Shown: in pieces, positions 13,607 to 26,043 of the stretch
Layout of the letters: each line of letters opens with the position of its first letter
How positions within the stretch are numbered: the stretch's first letter is position 1
NCBI GenBank assembly: GCA_010015805.1
Contig: ML978141.1
Location: 186,001-250,000, forward strand
DNA from: Rhizodiscina lignyota
Lineage: Eukaryota
Reading direction: 5' to 3'
Length of the DNA: 64,000 nt
The notes under the pieces: model-generated
Told to the model about the DNA's origin: nothing
What the model saw: the letters and a program-made list of their open reading frames with translations, nothing else
Database searches by the model: none
Translations under genes and position numbers: made by a program

Positions 13607-14458
13607 TTTGATGGATGTGCTTGGATTTCTTGCTGTGGGAAGTGCAGGTATAGGGTGGATGTGGATGTGTGGTGGGGAGGTGTCGAGGGAGTGAGTGATA
13701 AGAGGGGAGGTTGGAAGAAGGCAGCGTTTGAAATGATGCAGCGCGGGGCGCAGGCAGCAGGAACACTGACTAACCGCCAGCGGCAAAGGCGCGCTGTCTT
13801 GCTGTTCACTCTTCACCGGCGCTCAGAGCACTTAATTATAAACTGGTCACGGTATTCGCGCGCGAGCAGGCGATGGGCAGCACGAGTCTCTTTGTACTAC
13901 TGATGCCAGGTCATGCGCATGAAGGCGCTGATTATCCCATCGCCGTTGTCTTTCCTTGTCTTTCGCCCACTGCGCCTCTTCGATACAATGGCACCGCACA
14001 TTCACGATTCAGGGCCCGCCATGTGGCTCAGGCACGGCGTGTGTATAGTCATAGGTACATGTGTATGTCAGTCGGCTATCGAATCGTCCATCGATGGTGC
14101 TCAAAGCGGAACATGAGCCACTGGCGGTGATTATTCATGGCGAGAAGCGTTCGCTCTCTGCTGCCTGCACATGACTGGATAATCAGTGTGTGAGCTCCTT
14201 ACTTATTGGTGGCAGATATGCTAAGGCCCACCCACGCTGCTGCTGCCGTTCCTTACGTCGATCATCTGAAGCTCGTTCGATGTCCTCGTAATGCGACTCG
14301 TAAAGTGGTGTGGAATGCGCCTTACCGCCTGAGTCCAATACTTCTCCATCAATTGACTCGTTTCTCTCCTTCTTCTCTTTCTCCTCTCCCTCTTCACCAT
14401 CTCAATGCAGTCATAACAGTCGTAGAATAGCTGTGCAGCAAATATTTCGAGCTCCACC

Positions 14459-16060
14459 ATGGCAGCTATACGACCACAATTTCTCCGCACTGCTCAACTC
14501 TCGCGAGTAGCACCATGTCAAGCCAGACCACGCTGCTTGAGACAGCAAGTCAGGAGGAATCATAGCAACCGCGAACCATTTTCAGAGTCGAAGCGCGAAA
14601 ATGAGACGATACCGCCACCGAGACCCACGAATTCGAAACCGAATGACCACCTCCCAAGCAAAACCACTGTGCCATACGCGAAGACGCGTCTTGCCATTGG
14701 CATACCATTCATCGGACTGCTCATATACTCAATGGTAATTCCATGTTCACATTTCTTCTCCCTCACACCCCACACCCAGCGACTCTACATTCACCAATCC
14801 ACACGTTTTCGCTGGGATAATTAAAACCTAGCAGCCCATATCGTTGACTCCTGTGTTGCTTCTGCAAGGGAATAATTGTTGTCTTCGATGCCGCAACACT
14901 GTATACCCATGATGACTTCAAAGAGAGCGATGATCGCGATGATCAGCACACTCCAAAGTGTTTCCCTTTAATTCTTTTCTTCTACGTCTCTCCAACCTCG
15001 TCATCACACTAACTCTCAATAGCTGACAGGAAACTCTGACGAGCGCAAACCAAAGTCCGACACTCCCACCATTGCCGAACGCGACACCCTCACCAAGCGC
15101 GAATCCGGCGTCACCTCCTCCTCACCTATGCGCCTGCGTATGGAAGCCCTAATAAAAGATCATCAGAAAAAGATCGTTCGCGAACTCGAAAAGCTTGACG
15201 GCACAAAGTTCAAAGTGGACGCGTGGGACAGACCTGCGGGTGGTGGCGGCATCACTTGTGTCCTACAGGATGGCAACGTGTTTGAAAAAGCGGGCGTGAA
15301 TACGTCTGTTGTGTACGGAACACTTCCACGGCCGGCGATACAGAGGATGCGCGCGAATCATAAGGCGCTGGATCTGGATGTTGAGAGCCTGGAGTTCTTC
15401 GCTGCGGGGTTGAGTTTGGTGCTGCACCCCAAGAATCCGATGGCTCCGACGGTGCATCTCAATTACAGGTACTTCGAGACGGTAGATCCGCGCAAGGGCG
15501 GTGAGACGAACGCGTGGTGGTACGGTGGAGGATGTGATCTCACGCCATCGTATCTCTTCGATGAGGACGCGATACACTTCCACAAGACGATAAAAGAGGC
15601 GTGCGACAAGCACGACAAGGCGTACTATCCGCGGTTTAAGGAGTGGTGCGATCGTTACTTTAGTAACAAGCACCGCGGCGAGACGCGCGGCGTCGGTGGG
15701 ATATTCTTCGACGACCTGGACGAGGGCGAGAAAGATCAGGAGCAACTGTTCGCATTTATAGACGATGGGCTGAGCGCGTTTCTGCCGAGTTACATGCCAA
15801 TTATACAGAGGCGGAAAGATATGCCGTTTACTGAGAAGGAGAAGATTTGGCAGCAGATTCGCAGGGGGAGATATGTCGAATTCAATCTGGTGCACGATCG
15901 GGGCACGGCGTTTGGGCTGAATACGCCGGGTGCGAGGATCGAGAGTATTCTTATGAGTTTGCCGTTGACGGCGAGGTGGGAGTATATGCATGAGCCTGAG
16001 CAGGGGAGTAGGGAGGAGAGGCTGGTTAGTGTGCTGAAGAATCCAAGAGAGTGGGTTTGA
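14459..16060 (+). CDS. HEM13: Oxygen-dependent coproporphyrinogen III oxidase, 2 exons
   Basis: Exon 1 14459-14734 (Arg-rich presequence plus hydrophobic segment), intron 14735-15022, exon 2 15023-16060. Motifs include GNVFEKAGVN, HPKNPMAPTVHLNYRYF, GGGCDLTP and RRGRYVEFNLVHDRGT. Confidence 0.95.
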
Positions 16061-16384
16061 GATGGATTTGTATAAAAGTTGTGTCGATGCATATTAGCAT
16101 TTGTTAGAGTATATTCAGACTCAGTTCATATGACCTGCATATGATCTGATGATTCAAACACCGTGCTCGACTCTTTCGTGCCAAATGCTCATAAATCATT
16201 CCGCATACAATTTGTGCAAAATATGCAACAAAACAAATGCTCCTATCCCAATGCAATTGCGTGAATTCGTAAACACGTCGTACTCCTCCTGAAAGATGCG
16301 CTTAGGACCCTTCTTCTGCTTCTTGCTCAGGGCATTTATGCACTCCGTGTGGGAGAATCCGGAAAATCTCTATGAAGGATAATA

Positions 16385-17388
16385 TCAACGCCTATCGAAC
16401 CCGTGATTCAGATAAGCTATTCGCTAATTAGTCCCATATTACATCCATAATGGTATGGCATCCACTCACCTCTCCCCATAGCCAACGCCCCAATCAACGG
16501 CGCCTCTTTATGCCTGGTATGCCACAACCTCGCACACCACGCCGCGACAATGAGATGCCTCGTCGTCTCTTCGCTCAGCCCGCCCACACCGCCTCTGAAA
16601 ATCGTCATCTCAGGTTTCTGACTCGGCGCAAACGTGCTCTCCGCAGACCTCTTCTTGTTCTTCTTCCCTTCCCGTCTCGTCTCCGCCGCCACGGCCTTCC
16701 CTTTGACGTCTCGCCATCGCCCCTTCGAATAGTGTAGTACGACTTTGCCGTGAACCTCAACATCCCACGTCGTCCCGCTGCTGAATAAGGAGCGCTTGCC
16801 TTTCATGACCGCCGCGCGGCCGACGTCGCGCTTTGGTAATAAGGCAATCTCGTTTGTGAAAGGCGTGCGCCGGAGGACATAGAGGTTCAGGTCGCGCGGC
16901 GACTCTTTGGCAGGTCGTCGGCGGCCGGACGAGCTACTAGGCGGTGAGACGGCGGGGATAGAGAGGTTGAGGTAGATCTCGTTGCCGTTCCATGTCAACG
17001 ACCGCGGGAGATGATAGAGCGCTTTTGAGGGCGGCGGAGGGTAGATTGCGCCAGAGTCAATGGTTAAACTGAGCGGACCTGGTGGGAGCTGTGGCTGGAG
17101 GTGTATGCGGGGAGAGATGAGGTTCGGCCTTCGAAGGTTCGGGACGGAGCGCGCTGAAGATGGTCCACGGAGCAGCTCAGTGAGGTCGGCCGTGGACCCT
17201 GTGGCATCTTCGGGAATGGTTGGAGGGACGAGATGAGGTGGGATGAAGTCGTCTGCGAACAGTCGCGAGTATCGCGGACTCTGCTGTTCCGCTAGATGGT
17301 CTATCAGTTCATCTTCCAGTCGTCTTGAATACCGTGGTGGTAACGAGGGACTGTGAGGCCGCGTGCTGTCCGCATCAGTCATGTCCAT
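16385..17388 (-). CDS. Hypothetical protein, 2 exons
   Basis: 323-aa ORF with a gtgagt donor at 16469 and a branch/acceptor ending at 16417. The short last exon reads AYLNHGFDRR*. C-terminal LIVAAWCARLW motif. Confidence 0.65.
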
Positions 17389-18615
17389 TGTCGTGGCACA
17401 ATGAAGCTGCCGCCACAGCTGTTATCGTTGCCAAGAACGATACATACAGCAGGTTGAGGATCACGAGGGTTGAAGTAGAAAATGGCTCATGCGCCGATCA
17501 GCGACGGATGGCAGGGCGGGCATGATGTCAAGGGCGTTGCCCGAAATGCCTCTTCTTGAAACGGGTTGACGGGTTGAAACCGGTTCATCGCAACTGGAGC
17601 CTCTGGATGCGAGGGAAGGTGGCGGTGCGGAGCAGGAACAGGGGCGAGCGGAGCTTGGAGTGGGTAGTTCCTGGACGGTTCCAGGATTTGTCGAGCATCA
17701 GCTGCTGCGAGCAGGTATGGATGGCGGTGATAGCTTGCTCTCTATGCATGTGGGGGTAGGAGCTGGCCAATTGCCAGCTAGCTGCTCCGAAGCTGCCGTT
17801 AGCTATGAATAGGTGGCGGCGGGGGAGGCGGATAAAGTATGTATGGAAGAATAATTCTCCGAGCAATATCAAAGTCGCGAAGCTTGGGCCGGGAGAGGGA
17901 AGACATCCATTCCGTCTGCTCGTATCCTTATCTTGCGTATCGAAGTACTGCTCCTAACTCATCCGATGCTGTTATGGTTGCTTGGGTTGGTCCACCGAAG
18001 TGACTATCCAGCGTATAACGCAAAGTTGGGCAAATCCTCTTTCTTTGAGACATTGTTGATACATACATAAGGTCTATGGTCTGCGGTGCCTCCGACGACT
18101 TCAAATCCGGGTCGGAGCTACAGTTACGCCCATGATATCAAGCTTAGACAAAGGCCGACATGATGGACGCCGTTTCCATTGCTTTTCTGAGCTCTTGCAA
18201 AATTGACACGGTAGCATTGACCCTTTTATGATCAGTGTTTGGAATTCGAATTCAATGTGGTATATCCCGGATTGGCAGAACTCAACGGTAGAGGAAAACC
18301 TTTGTACGAGAGCCAACGGCCGTAGGACTGAAAAGAGCGCAAACTGCACGGCAACTTCAGCTAGGTTCGATTCTCCATGTCTGGTTCTATTTTCGAAATG
18401 CAACACAATCAGAAATCCCTCAAGTCTCCCTCGCAACACGGTGTGCTCAGCGATGACTTCTTCTTGGTTGTGCCAGGCAGACTGCTCCTTCTGTAATCGC
18501 ACCTGCCGTACGACCATCGAAGCATCTTGGCGGCGGCGGCCTCAATTCAGAACCTCATCCTTTTCTCCTATCTTCATTCTCTCCACCATTCGACGATCGT
18601 TGACCTGTTTTGGAG

Positions 18616-20100
18616 ATGAATGTGCGTATTCTTTGGCACGTGTCGGTTCTTGCTACTACATTGCCTTCCCTGACTTCCTCCTCACCCGTCCAAAATGTAG
18701 ATGTTGCCATCCTCGGCGCTAGGCTTTCTGGCTCCAGTGCCGCCGGCGATCTGATCAAGGGTGGAGTGTCTGACGCAGTTTTCGAAGCTCGCAATCGCGT
18801 CGGTGGACGCGTGCTTAACATGGAGCTCCCTAACGGAGGAGTACAGGAAGTTGGTGCTCAATATGTCGGCTCGACGCAGGATCGTGTTATTGCGCTTGCG
18901 AGGTCTCAAAACTTACAAAACTTTCGATACTGGAAACGACATATTCTGGTCCGACGGCAAGAAACATCTGTACCAAGGCGATCAACTTCCTCCGGTCGAT
19001 CCAATCAGCTTACAGCAAGCAGCTAATGCAATCGCGGCCCTCAATGGAATGGCTCGTACGATCAATGTGGAATCTCCTTGGACGCACCCGAATGCGTCTG
19101 AATGGGATAGCCAAACTTTCTCAACATGGCTGGATCAGAATGCATATCTTCCGGCTACACGTGCACTGTTCGATGTCACCTCTACTTCACTCTTCTCAGC
19201 CCAGCCTGAAGAGCTGTCCTTTTTGTATGTCATAGCGTATATCGCAGCTGCTGGTAATGCAACTGATCCTGGAACCCTCGAACGCCTCATTGTTGTCCCC
19301 GGCGGCGCACAAGAAAGCCGTATCAATGGCGGCACGCAGCTCATTGCAATTCAACTCGCGGATCGCATCGAGTTCCATAAGGGATCTATCAAACTCAACA
19401 CGCCTATCCGGAGAATTGTCAAATCCGCCAAGGCAGTCACATACCTGACATATCCGTACACCCTATTCTCCGACGATCCAAAGACACTCGTCATAAATGC
19501 CAAGCACGCTGTAGTCGGCATGTCTCCGCCTCTAGCGTCTCGAATCATCTACAATCCTCTTCTGCCTGCCTCTCGAGATCAATTCACCCAACGCATGCCC
19601 ATGGGATCACTCGGAAAAGCCATCGCGAGCTACAAAACTCCCTTCTAGCACGCCACCAATCTCACCGTTCAAGTCATCTCCGTTGACAACTCCACGATAA
19701 TCCGAGCAACATTCGATAACAGTCCGGCGGATGCATCCTATGGCGCGCTCATGGCCTTTATTGAAGCGGACGAGATGAGAAGACTCGATTCGCAGACTGA
19801 AGAGCAAGTCCAAGCCGAAGTTCTGGGAGACTTTGTGAAGTATTTCGGATCTCAAGCTGCGAATCCCACGGGCTTCATCCTGCAAAGATGGGATCTGGAG
19901 GAATGGAGTTGTGGTGCTCCGGTCGCGTTCGCGCCGCCGGCAGTGCTTACGAAGTATGGAGAGGCGCTGAGGACGCCGGTCGATGGAATTCATTGGGCTG
20001 GTACGAGACGAGCGACTTCTGGGTGGGGTATATGGATGGAGCTGTGAGGAGCGGGGAGAGGGTAGCGAAGGAGGTGTTGGTGGCTTTGGGAAAGGTGTGA
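18616..20100 (+). pseudogene. Secreted flavin-containing monoamine oxidase pseudogene
   Basis: Signal peptide, degraded Rossmann motif (DVAILGARLSG), EARNRVGGR, GAQYVG and GAQESRINGG. Lesions: frameshift at about 18902, in-frame TAG at 19646-19648 (TPF*), and frameshift at about 20005 before ETSDFWVGYMDGAVRSGER. Confidence 0.85.
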
Positions 20101-20180
20101 GGTTTGAGAGGTTTTATGATTTGTGCGCGATTGATCTCTGCATGCTCTTTAACATTATAATTACGACATACCGCACTGCT

Positions 20181-21087
20181 TCATCCTCTGCATAAATCGC
20201 GGCTTATTTGCTGCGCGGCAAGACAACTTCCCACCATTTCGATTCGCTCGAGACCCGCGCCGAAGCCGTCATACGAGCCTGCAAAGTTCCAAGGGGAAGG
20301 GTGCAGTGCACTTGGAAGGAATTGCCAGGAACGGCGTAGTGACGCTGGACCCCATGGGCTCTTCGTCTTCGAATACGAGATGGGTGCTTCCGCCGAAGGG
20401 TAGTAATCTTGAGAGATTGGCGAGTGCGGCTTCGTATGTCTGCCAGTGTTGAGGGCCGCTCTCGCTTTGACTGGCAGCAAGTCCATGACCTCTCACAGAT
20501 GTCCTCCATCTGCCTGGTCTGTGCCTGGGCGAGGGAAGGACCGCCACTCGCGCGGAAGAGCTAGTTCTTTGACTTTGGGTAGTAGCGTGAGCAGAAGTAG
20601 CGACGCGGGGAAGTCGTTCTCTACGGTCCTATATTCGTGCATGATCTTCGAATATCACTCTTCCAGATCGACGCCCGCACCTCGGAGATACGGCGAGCGC
20701 ATAACGAGATCACGGATCGGATTCTGCAAGTAGTTCGCTAGCTCTCCAATGGCAGGTTGGATTTCGGGCTGATAAACCCAGAGTCGCTGCGGAGGTCGAC
20801 ATATATTCAATGACTCTGCAATGATGGGCTGTTTCGCGACGCGCAGATGCAGCTGATATCTCAGTGGAATCCCCGGGGCGATTTGCGAGGGAAGTGGCAT
20901 AACCATGGGTGCGATGCGGCTGTAGCGACGTAAAGCGTTCTGGTCCTTGATGTATTTCTGCGAAGTATTGTAGAGTCTTTGGACGATAGCGCAAGCTATT
21001 CAAAATCTCGACCTCGGAAAAGGCGAAGATGAGCTCTAAAAGGGCTAGTGGAAGTGTCTGAATGTTCCTGATGCATTTCCCGATCAT
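20181..21087 (-). pseudogene. Degenerate F-box-like protein gene
   Basis: N-terminal F-box-like segment TLPLALLELIFAF. Another frame reads SPYLRGAGVDLEE*YSK...ASLLLLTLLPKVKELALPREW...GHL*EVMDLL, with TGA stops at 20655-20657 and 20493-20495. The family assignment is from recall, not a search. Confidence 0.45.
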
Positions 21088-21395
21088 CTGGGTGTCCGAT
21101 GTTAGAAACAGGGCAAGTTCTAGTAAGTTGTGCAGCGGAATGAATTTTAAGCAATGTGCAGGCAAGGCGGTAGGGAAGGAAGACTATGGCTAACCAACTG
21201 TGGGTAGGGCAGTGCCCAGTTTTGGGGTACCTCAGGCACGCGAAGCACCCCAATGAATCTGCGGCAGCGCGCCCGATTGTTCTGCCATTAACTGTGCCCC
21301 AATGGAAAAGTCTGCGGCATATCGGTGACAACGTCGGGTGTTCAGAGCCTCTATGCCAACAATGAGAACTGCTCTTAGAAACCAAATATTGGATG

Positions 21396-22781
21396 TTATA
21401 CCACTTTTACCTCTTGGAGTGCCTTTTCTGCCTCGGCATTGGTATCATAGCCGTACAGCCACGGTTGCACCTTTGGGCATGTCCTGCCAACGTCAACTTT
21501 AGCGCTGTTGAGATATGCAACGGCCATACCATCTACTTGGAAACTCGACATCGATCTCTCTGCCAAGATACTTGAGGAACAGCTCGTCTCTCGCTTCTTG
21601 TTCCGGACCATCGACCATGTGGAAGGATTCCCGCTGTTTGAATGTCTCTTTCACAATGGCTTCTCCTCGGCGTTTCCGCAATCTCTGATATGTCTGCAGT
21701 GCTTCCTTCAGGCCGAATCCGGGACCAAGGTTGCGCAGTAGAACTCCCAGCATTGCCCCGTCCTCCATCGATGAGTTGGCTCCTTGTGCAAGGTAGGGCA
21801 ACATGGGATGGCAAGCGTCGCCAATCATGACGAAGTTGCCTGCTTCGTTGATCCACGACTCCAGCTCAGGCAGATACATGAGCTTCCATTTGTCGACGTC
21901 CTTGACACAGTCAAGGAAGCGAGTCAATATCGGATCCCAGCCTTTGAAGAGAGCTCTCATTTCGCCGACGGAGCCCTTTTGTCTGGACACACTCGGAGGC
22001 AGATCGTCCGGAACTAGCAACACAAGATTATACTCCTTGCCATCCTTGAGCGAGTATGCGACGACGTGTGAGTTGGCTCCAATCCAGAAATGTACAGCGG
22101 GTTTGTTGACCATCTCCCGAAGTTCCGGATCATCGATCTCGTCACGTCTGAGAATGATACGATATGCCAAATCACCCGTTGGGACTGGATCAAATCTTCG
22201 GCCGAGGAAGCACTCTCGACACTTGGACCACAGACCGTCGGCGGCAACCACCAAGTCACCAGAGTATGTTGCACCGCGTTCCGTTGTAACACTGGGCTGT
22301 GAGAAGTCAACAGAGGCGACCTTCGCTCCAAGGACAACTTCGACACCAAGTTCGTGAGCTTTCCGTACGAGGGAAAGCTGAAGGTCTGCGCGGTGCAGGT
22401 CAAGAAAGGGGGCGCCATATCTCTGGCGAATTTGCCTATGGAAGCATTTCTGCTGTGCTAAAATCATGCCATCAGAGTATCGGTGAACGGTGAGCGAAGT
22501 CGGCTCCGCAGCCAACTCCTCTAGTTGTGAATCTAAGCCCCAAGCTTTGAACAGACGTGACGAGTTTGGGGTTATCTGAAGGCCGGCACCGACCTATGAT
22601 ACATCGATTCAGCGAAGGAAAATGATGCCTGAGACAAGGTACCACTCGCCTCTGTGAGCTTCTCGGAGCCCTCCAGAATTGTAACAGGGTGGCCAGATTG
22701 GGCACAAGATATTGCAGCCGACAGGCCGCTTAATCCAGCGCCCACAATGATAATTTTGAGAGGACTCTTTTGCGAGATCAT
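21396..22781 (-). CDS. FAD-dependent monooxygenase (salicylate hydroxylase / aromatic hydroxylase family), 3 exons
   Basis: Exons 22781-22650, 22593-21530 and 21483-21396. Motifs IIIVGAGLSGL, EVGAGLQITPN (across a GC-AG intron), DLVVAADGLWS, IGDACHPMLPYLAQGANSSMEDG and WLYGYD. Confidence 0.92.
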
Positions 22782-22932
22782 CGAATTGTGATGTATTTTG
22801 ATCTTTGTACCTCGACTGGCATCAAAATACAAACAAGTGAGCGCAGAGAATATAGCATATCATCGACAGCACCCTGTCTGCCGAACACGAGTCTTCAGGC
22901 AGATCCGGGGACGTATTTGAGAAAAATTCGTG

Positions 22933-23177
22933 CGGCAATGCCGCTCCCCGGCACGGATCTTTCGCATCTTGTATCTTCGGCGAAACCTGTTCTCGTGTTC
23001 CTTTCGCCGATAAAGCCGTTGCGAACGGCATGTCCATACACACAAGCACTGTCGTCTGGTATACGATCCGTCCATACAAGGAAAGAGAGATCGTGAACAG
23101 TGCTCTCCAGAGGAGAGTGTGGAGCTCGGAAACGCCGAAGAGTGGACCTAGATAAGGCAAGATCTTCGGAAAATCCG
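22933..23177. promoter_or_regulatory. Three CGG-N5-CCG inverted repeats, candidate Zn2Cys6 binding sites
   Basis: CGGcaatgCCG at 22933-22943, CGGaaacgCCG at 23127-23137 and CGGaaaatCCG at 23167-23177, in the divergent promoter between the monooxygenase and the Zn2Cys6 gene. Confidence 0.5.
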
Positions 23178-23910
23178 GATGTCGACAGGATCGGACGACA
23201 GGAAGAAAAGCTTGAGAGGAATTGAGACAGGTGAACGAGAGTGCAAGGTCTTGGCTCAGAAATACGATCACTGCGGCAGATGATACTTGCCATTGCCATT
23301 GAGTGAGATGCTGTAGCTCAGCCAATTCCTCACCTCTTACCATTTACGACGAGCGAACGCTCCCTTCCACAGGGCCCAAAAACGCCGACGGAAGAATGTG
23401 GTGCGCATAGCCGAGTGGATGTTCTCTTGGATCTCTGCTCCGATTAATCGGCATCGGCATGTTTCGCACCATGTGCCATTCCATTGGCGAAGAGAACTGA
23501 AGCCGCATGCTGGAGCTAGCGAGTTGAGGTCTGCTGCCGTGCGTCGCAGGAGCATGAGGATGCTGAGAGAGCGCTCTGCCTTTAAAACTCATCAGCATGA
23601 GACTGATGCCGTCGATCTGTGCGATCTCGGAGGTCCTTAATATGAGAGGCACACCCTCAGCTCGGGAGGCTGGATCCAGAGACCAGGAGCAGGGTAGGCT
23701 TTGGACGCTGCGAGCTCGAGCACCCGCATCCCCGTGCCTGTGACGCGCCGCACTAGGCCTGTTTGGGGTTAAATTACCCCACGAAACAAATCGGGATCGA
23801 TTACGGCCGCGTGAGACAGCTTTTCACGCCGTCGCGCCTCTCTTTCTCTCTTCCTTCCATTGCTTCGCCCACCATGCCACTGCCTTCGCTTCTTTGAGCC
23901 GTCTGCATTG

Positions 23911-26043
23911 ATGTCTTCGTCTGTAACGGCTTCCGGCTCTGTCAGCACGCCAAAGCGACCGCGACGGCCCCGCGCCATCCAGGCATGCAACTTTTGTCGG
24001 TCGAAGAAGTACAGATGCGATGGGAACCTGCCATGTTTGCACTGCCGCAAGCACAATCTCGACTGTGTCTTTCGGAGGCCAGAAGCCCACGACCCAGAAG
24101 CTGCGGCGTACTCCATCAGCTATGTAAAGCGCCTTGAGAGACGGCTGGAATTGGCCGAAGCCGGGAATCGTCAGCGTCAATCTGCTTCTGACACTCCCAA
24201 TGCCACCGGAGATCGACCCGATTCTAGTGCTCAAGAAGCGGGCCAGCAGCCATCACCAGCCAGTATCTTTCCGTCGCCATACTCGGACGGGCAGTCTCGA
24301 CAGGCACGGCCATCGGACGAGAGCGACGAAAGTGCTGCCGAAGTCGTAGATGTCAATCCCGACACCAACGCGATTGAATACCATGGCAACACCTCATCAT
24401 TGGCCTTCCTCGGACTGGTTTGTGAAGAGTATGGCTCTACCCCGGGAAGTGTGCGGCACGCACATGAAAGACGGAGCTCTGGATTGAAATCGCCGTCGCT
24501 AGTGACTACATTTCACAACAATGCATTCAGAAACCAGAAAGAGGCGCAATCCCAATCTCAAGAAGAGTATGACGAGGACTTTTATCCTCATCAAGCGTAC
24601 ATGTTTCTCGACACCTACTTTAAGAACATCCATTACATCCATCCAATCATCGACCAAGCGGACGTACTCAAACGATGCGAAGATCTCTGGAGAGGCTGCG
24701 GGAACCGCCAGCCAAGGAGCTTCAAAGCATTGTATTTCGCTCTTCTCTCAATCGGTGCCCTCATTCGAACCTGGACAGAGCAGAAGATAAACGGCATGGG
24801 CCGCTTTGAGTGGAGTCGAACTCTGTTCCAGAAGGCCGAAGTCGCACTTGGTCGGCCTGGAGCTTTGACCGACATCCATGCTATTCAAGCTCTCTTTGCC
24901 ATGGCTAAAGTGTGCCAAAACGAACTCAACCCGAATCTGGCATACATGTACCTGGGACTTGCGATACGTACGGCCTTGTCCGGAGGATTAAACAGGAATC
25001 ATCCCTTCCATTCTCGGAACAAATCTGTTCACGTGGACTGTAGCACGGCCTCAAAAGTCTGGTGGGGCCTGTACTCGCTCGAAGTTGAAATGAGCTTCGC
25101 TCTTGGCCGTCCCGATACTCTTGGAATGGATGACTACCACAATCGAGCGATGCCCCCAGTTGACGAATCGGAATTCTCTATAATTCCATGCATGTTGCCA
25201 ATGGCCAGGATCATGCGCGAAGTCTCTATTGGCATTTACTTGACAAAGGACAACATGCAACAGAAGATTGCGAAGGCGATTCGCCTGGAGAAGGAATTGG
25301 ATGCATGGCTCAACACTTTACCCCAAAAGATTCGCCCGAATATGGATCAAGATGTCTTTTCGAGCCGCCCACTGAGCCCTGAGATTTGGCCCAAGCTTCA
25401 GGCTCTTGTGTTGAAGATACGTTATCTCAATGTTCGGATGATTCTGCTCCGACCATTTCTCCTTCACGCAGCCAAGAAGCCTCAAGCTCAACCACTTGAA
25501 TCCGAGCTTGCATCGGCCATTAATCGCTGCGTGTCTGCTGCCGCACAAACCGTGGAAATCATCCACGCCACTTACCATGCCCACGCGTTCTTCCGGACTT
25601 GGTGGTATAACGTAACATATGTTACGTTTGCAGCCTCCATTCTGCTCTTCTACGCGGCTCAGAGCTCGTTTGAGAACTACGCGCCACTGGATTGCTTGGC
25701 ATCTGTGGATAAAGCACTCGAGATACTCGACGTCATGGAGGATGGCATCGTTGCGCGGAAGATTGCAATTTTCATCCGCCCGATTGTAGATCGTTTGCGT
25801 GAGCGGAGAACTGCCCCTGCGGTCACCGAAGCCGGTCCGAAAGCAAGCGCACCTCTCGACTTGCCTTTTCTTGGAGTTCCCGGATTCGATGCAAGCTGGA
25901 ACGGGAATGCCGTGGACTTGGACTTCTTCCGCTCAGGCATGAGCTTCCTTGAAGGAGGCCTTTGGGACCTTGACGCCGGCTTCGATGAGGCTTATCACGG
26001 CGAGACCGTCGGTGCTGTGAGGAATGCATATGCGCCACCTTGA
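23911..26043 (+). CDS. Zn(II)2Cys6 fungal transcription factor with middle homology region
   Basis: ACNFCRSKKYRCDGNLPCLHCRKHNLDC cluster, coiled coil YVKRLERRL, and fungal TF domain (YFKNIHYIHPII, AYMYLGLAIR, WWGLYSLEVEMSFALGRP). Intronless; first ATG at 23911. Confidence 0.93.
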   Translation: MSSSVTASGSVSTPKRPRRPRAIQACNFCRSKKYRCDGNLPCLHCRKHNLDCVFRRPEAHDPEAAAYSISYVKRLERRLELAEAGNRQRQSASDTPNATGDRPDSSAQEAGQQPSPASIFPSPYSDGQSRQARPSDESDESAAEVVDVNPDTNAIEYHGNTSSLAFLGLVCEEYGSTPGSVRHAHERRSSGLKSPSLVTTFHNNAFRNQKEAQSQSQEEYDEDFYPHQAYMFLDTYFKNIHYIHPIIDQADVLKRCEDLWRGCGNRQPRSFKALYFALLSIGALIRTWTEQKINGMGRFEWSRTLFQKAEVALGRPGALTDIHAIQALFAMAKVCQNELNPNLAYMYLGLAIRTALSGGLNRNHPFHSRNKSVHVDCSTASKVWWGLYSLEVEMSFALGRPDTLGMDDYHNRAMPPVDESEFSIIPCMLPMARIMREVSIGIYLTKDNMQQKIAKAIRLEKELDAWLNTLPQKIRPNMDQDVFSSRPLSPEIWPKLQALVLKIRYLNVRMILLRPFLLHAAKKPQAQPLESELASAINRCVSAAAQTVEIIHATYHAHAFFRTWWYNVTYVTFAASILLFYAAQSSFENYAPLDCLASVDKALEILDVMEDGIVARKIAIFIRPIVDRLRERRTAPAVTEAGPKASAPLDLPFLGVPGFDASWNGNAVDLDFFRSGMSFLEGGLWDLDAGFDEAYHGETVGAVRNAYAPP

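Noticed and set aside
19646..19648. Amine oxidase TAG as an A-to-I editing site
   Set aside because: The gene also has two frameshifts and a damaged FAD motif, so simple decay explains it.
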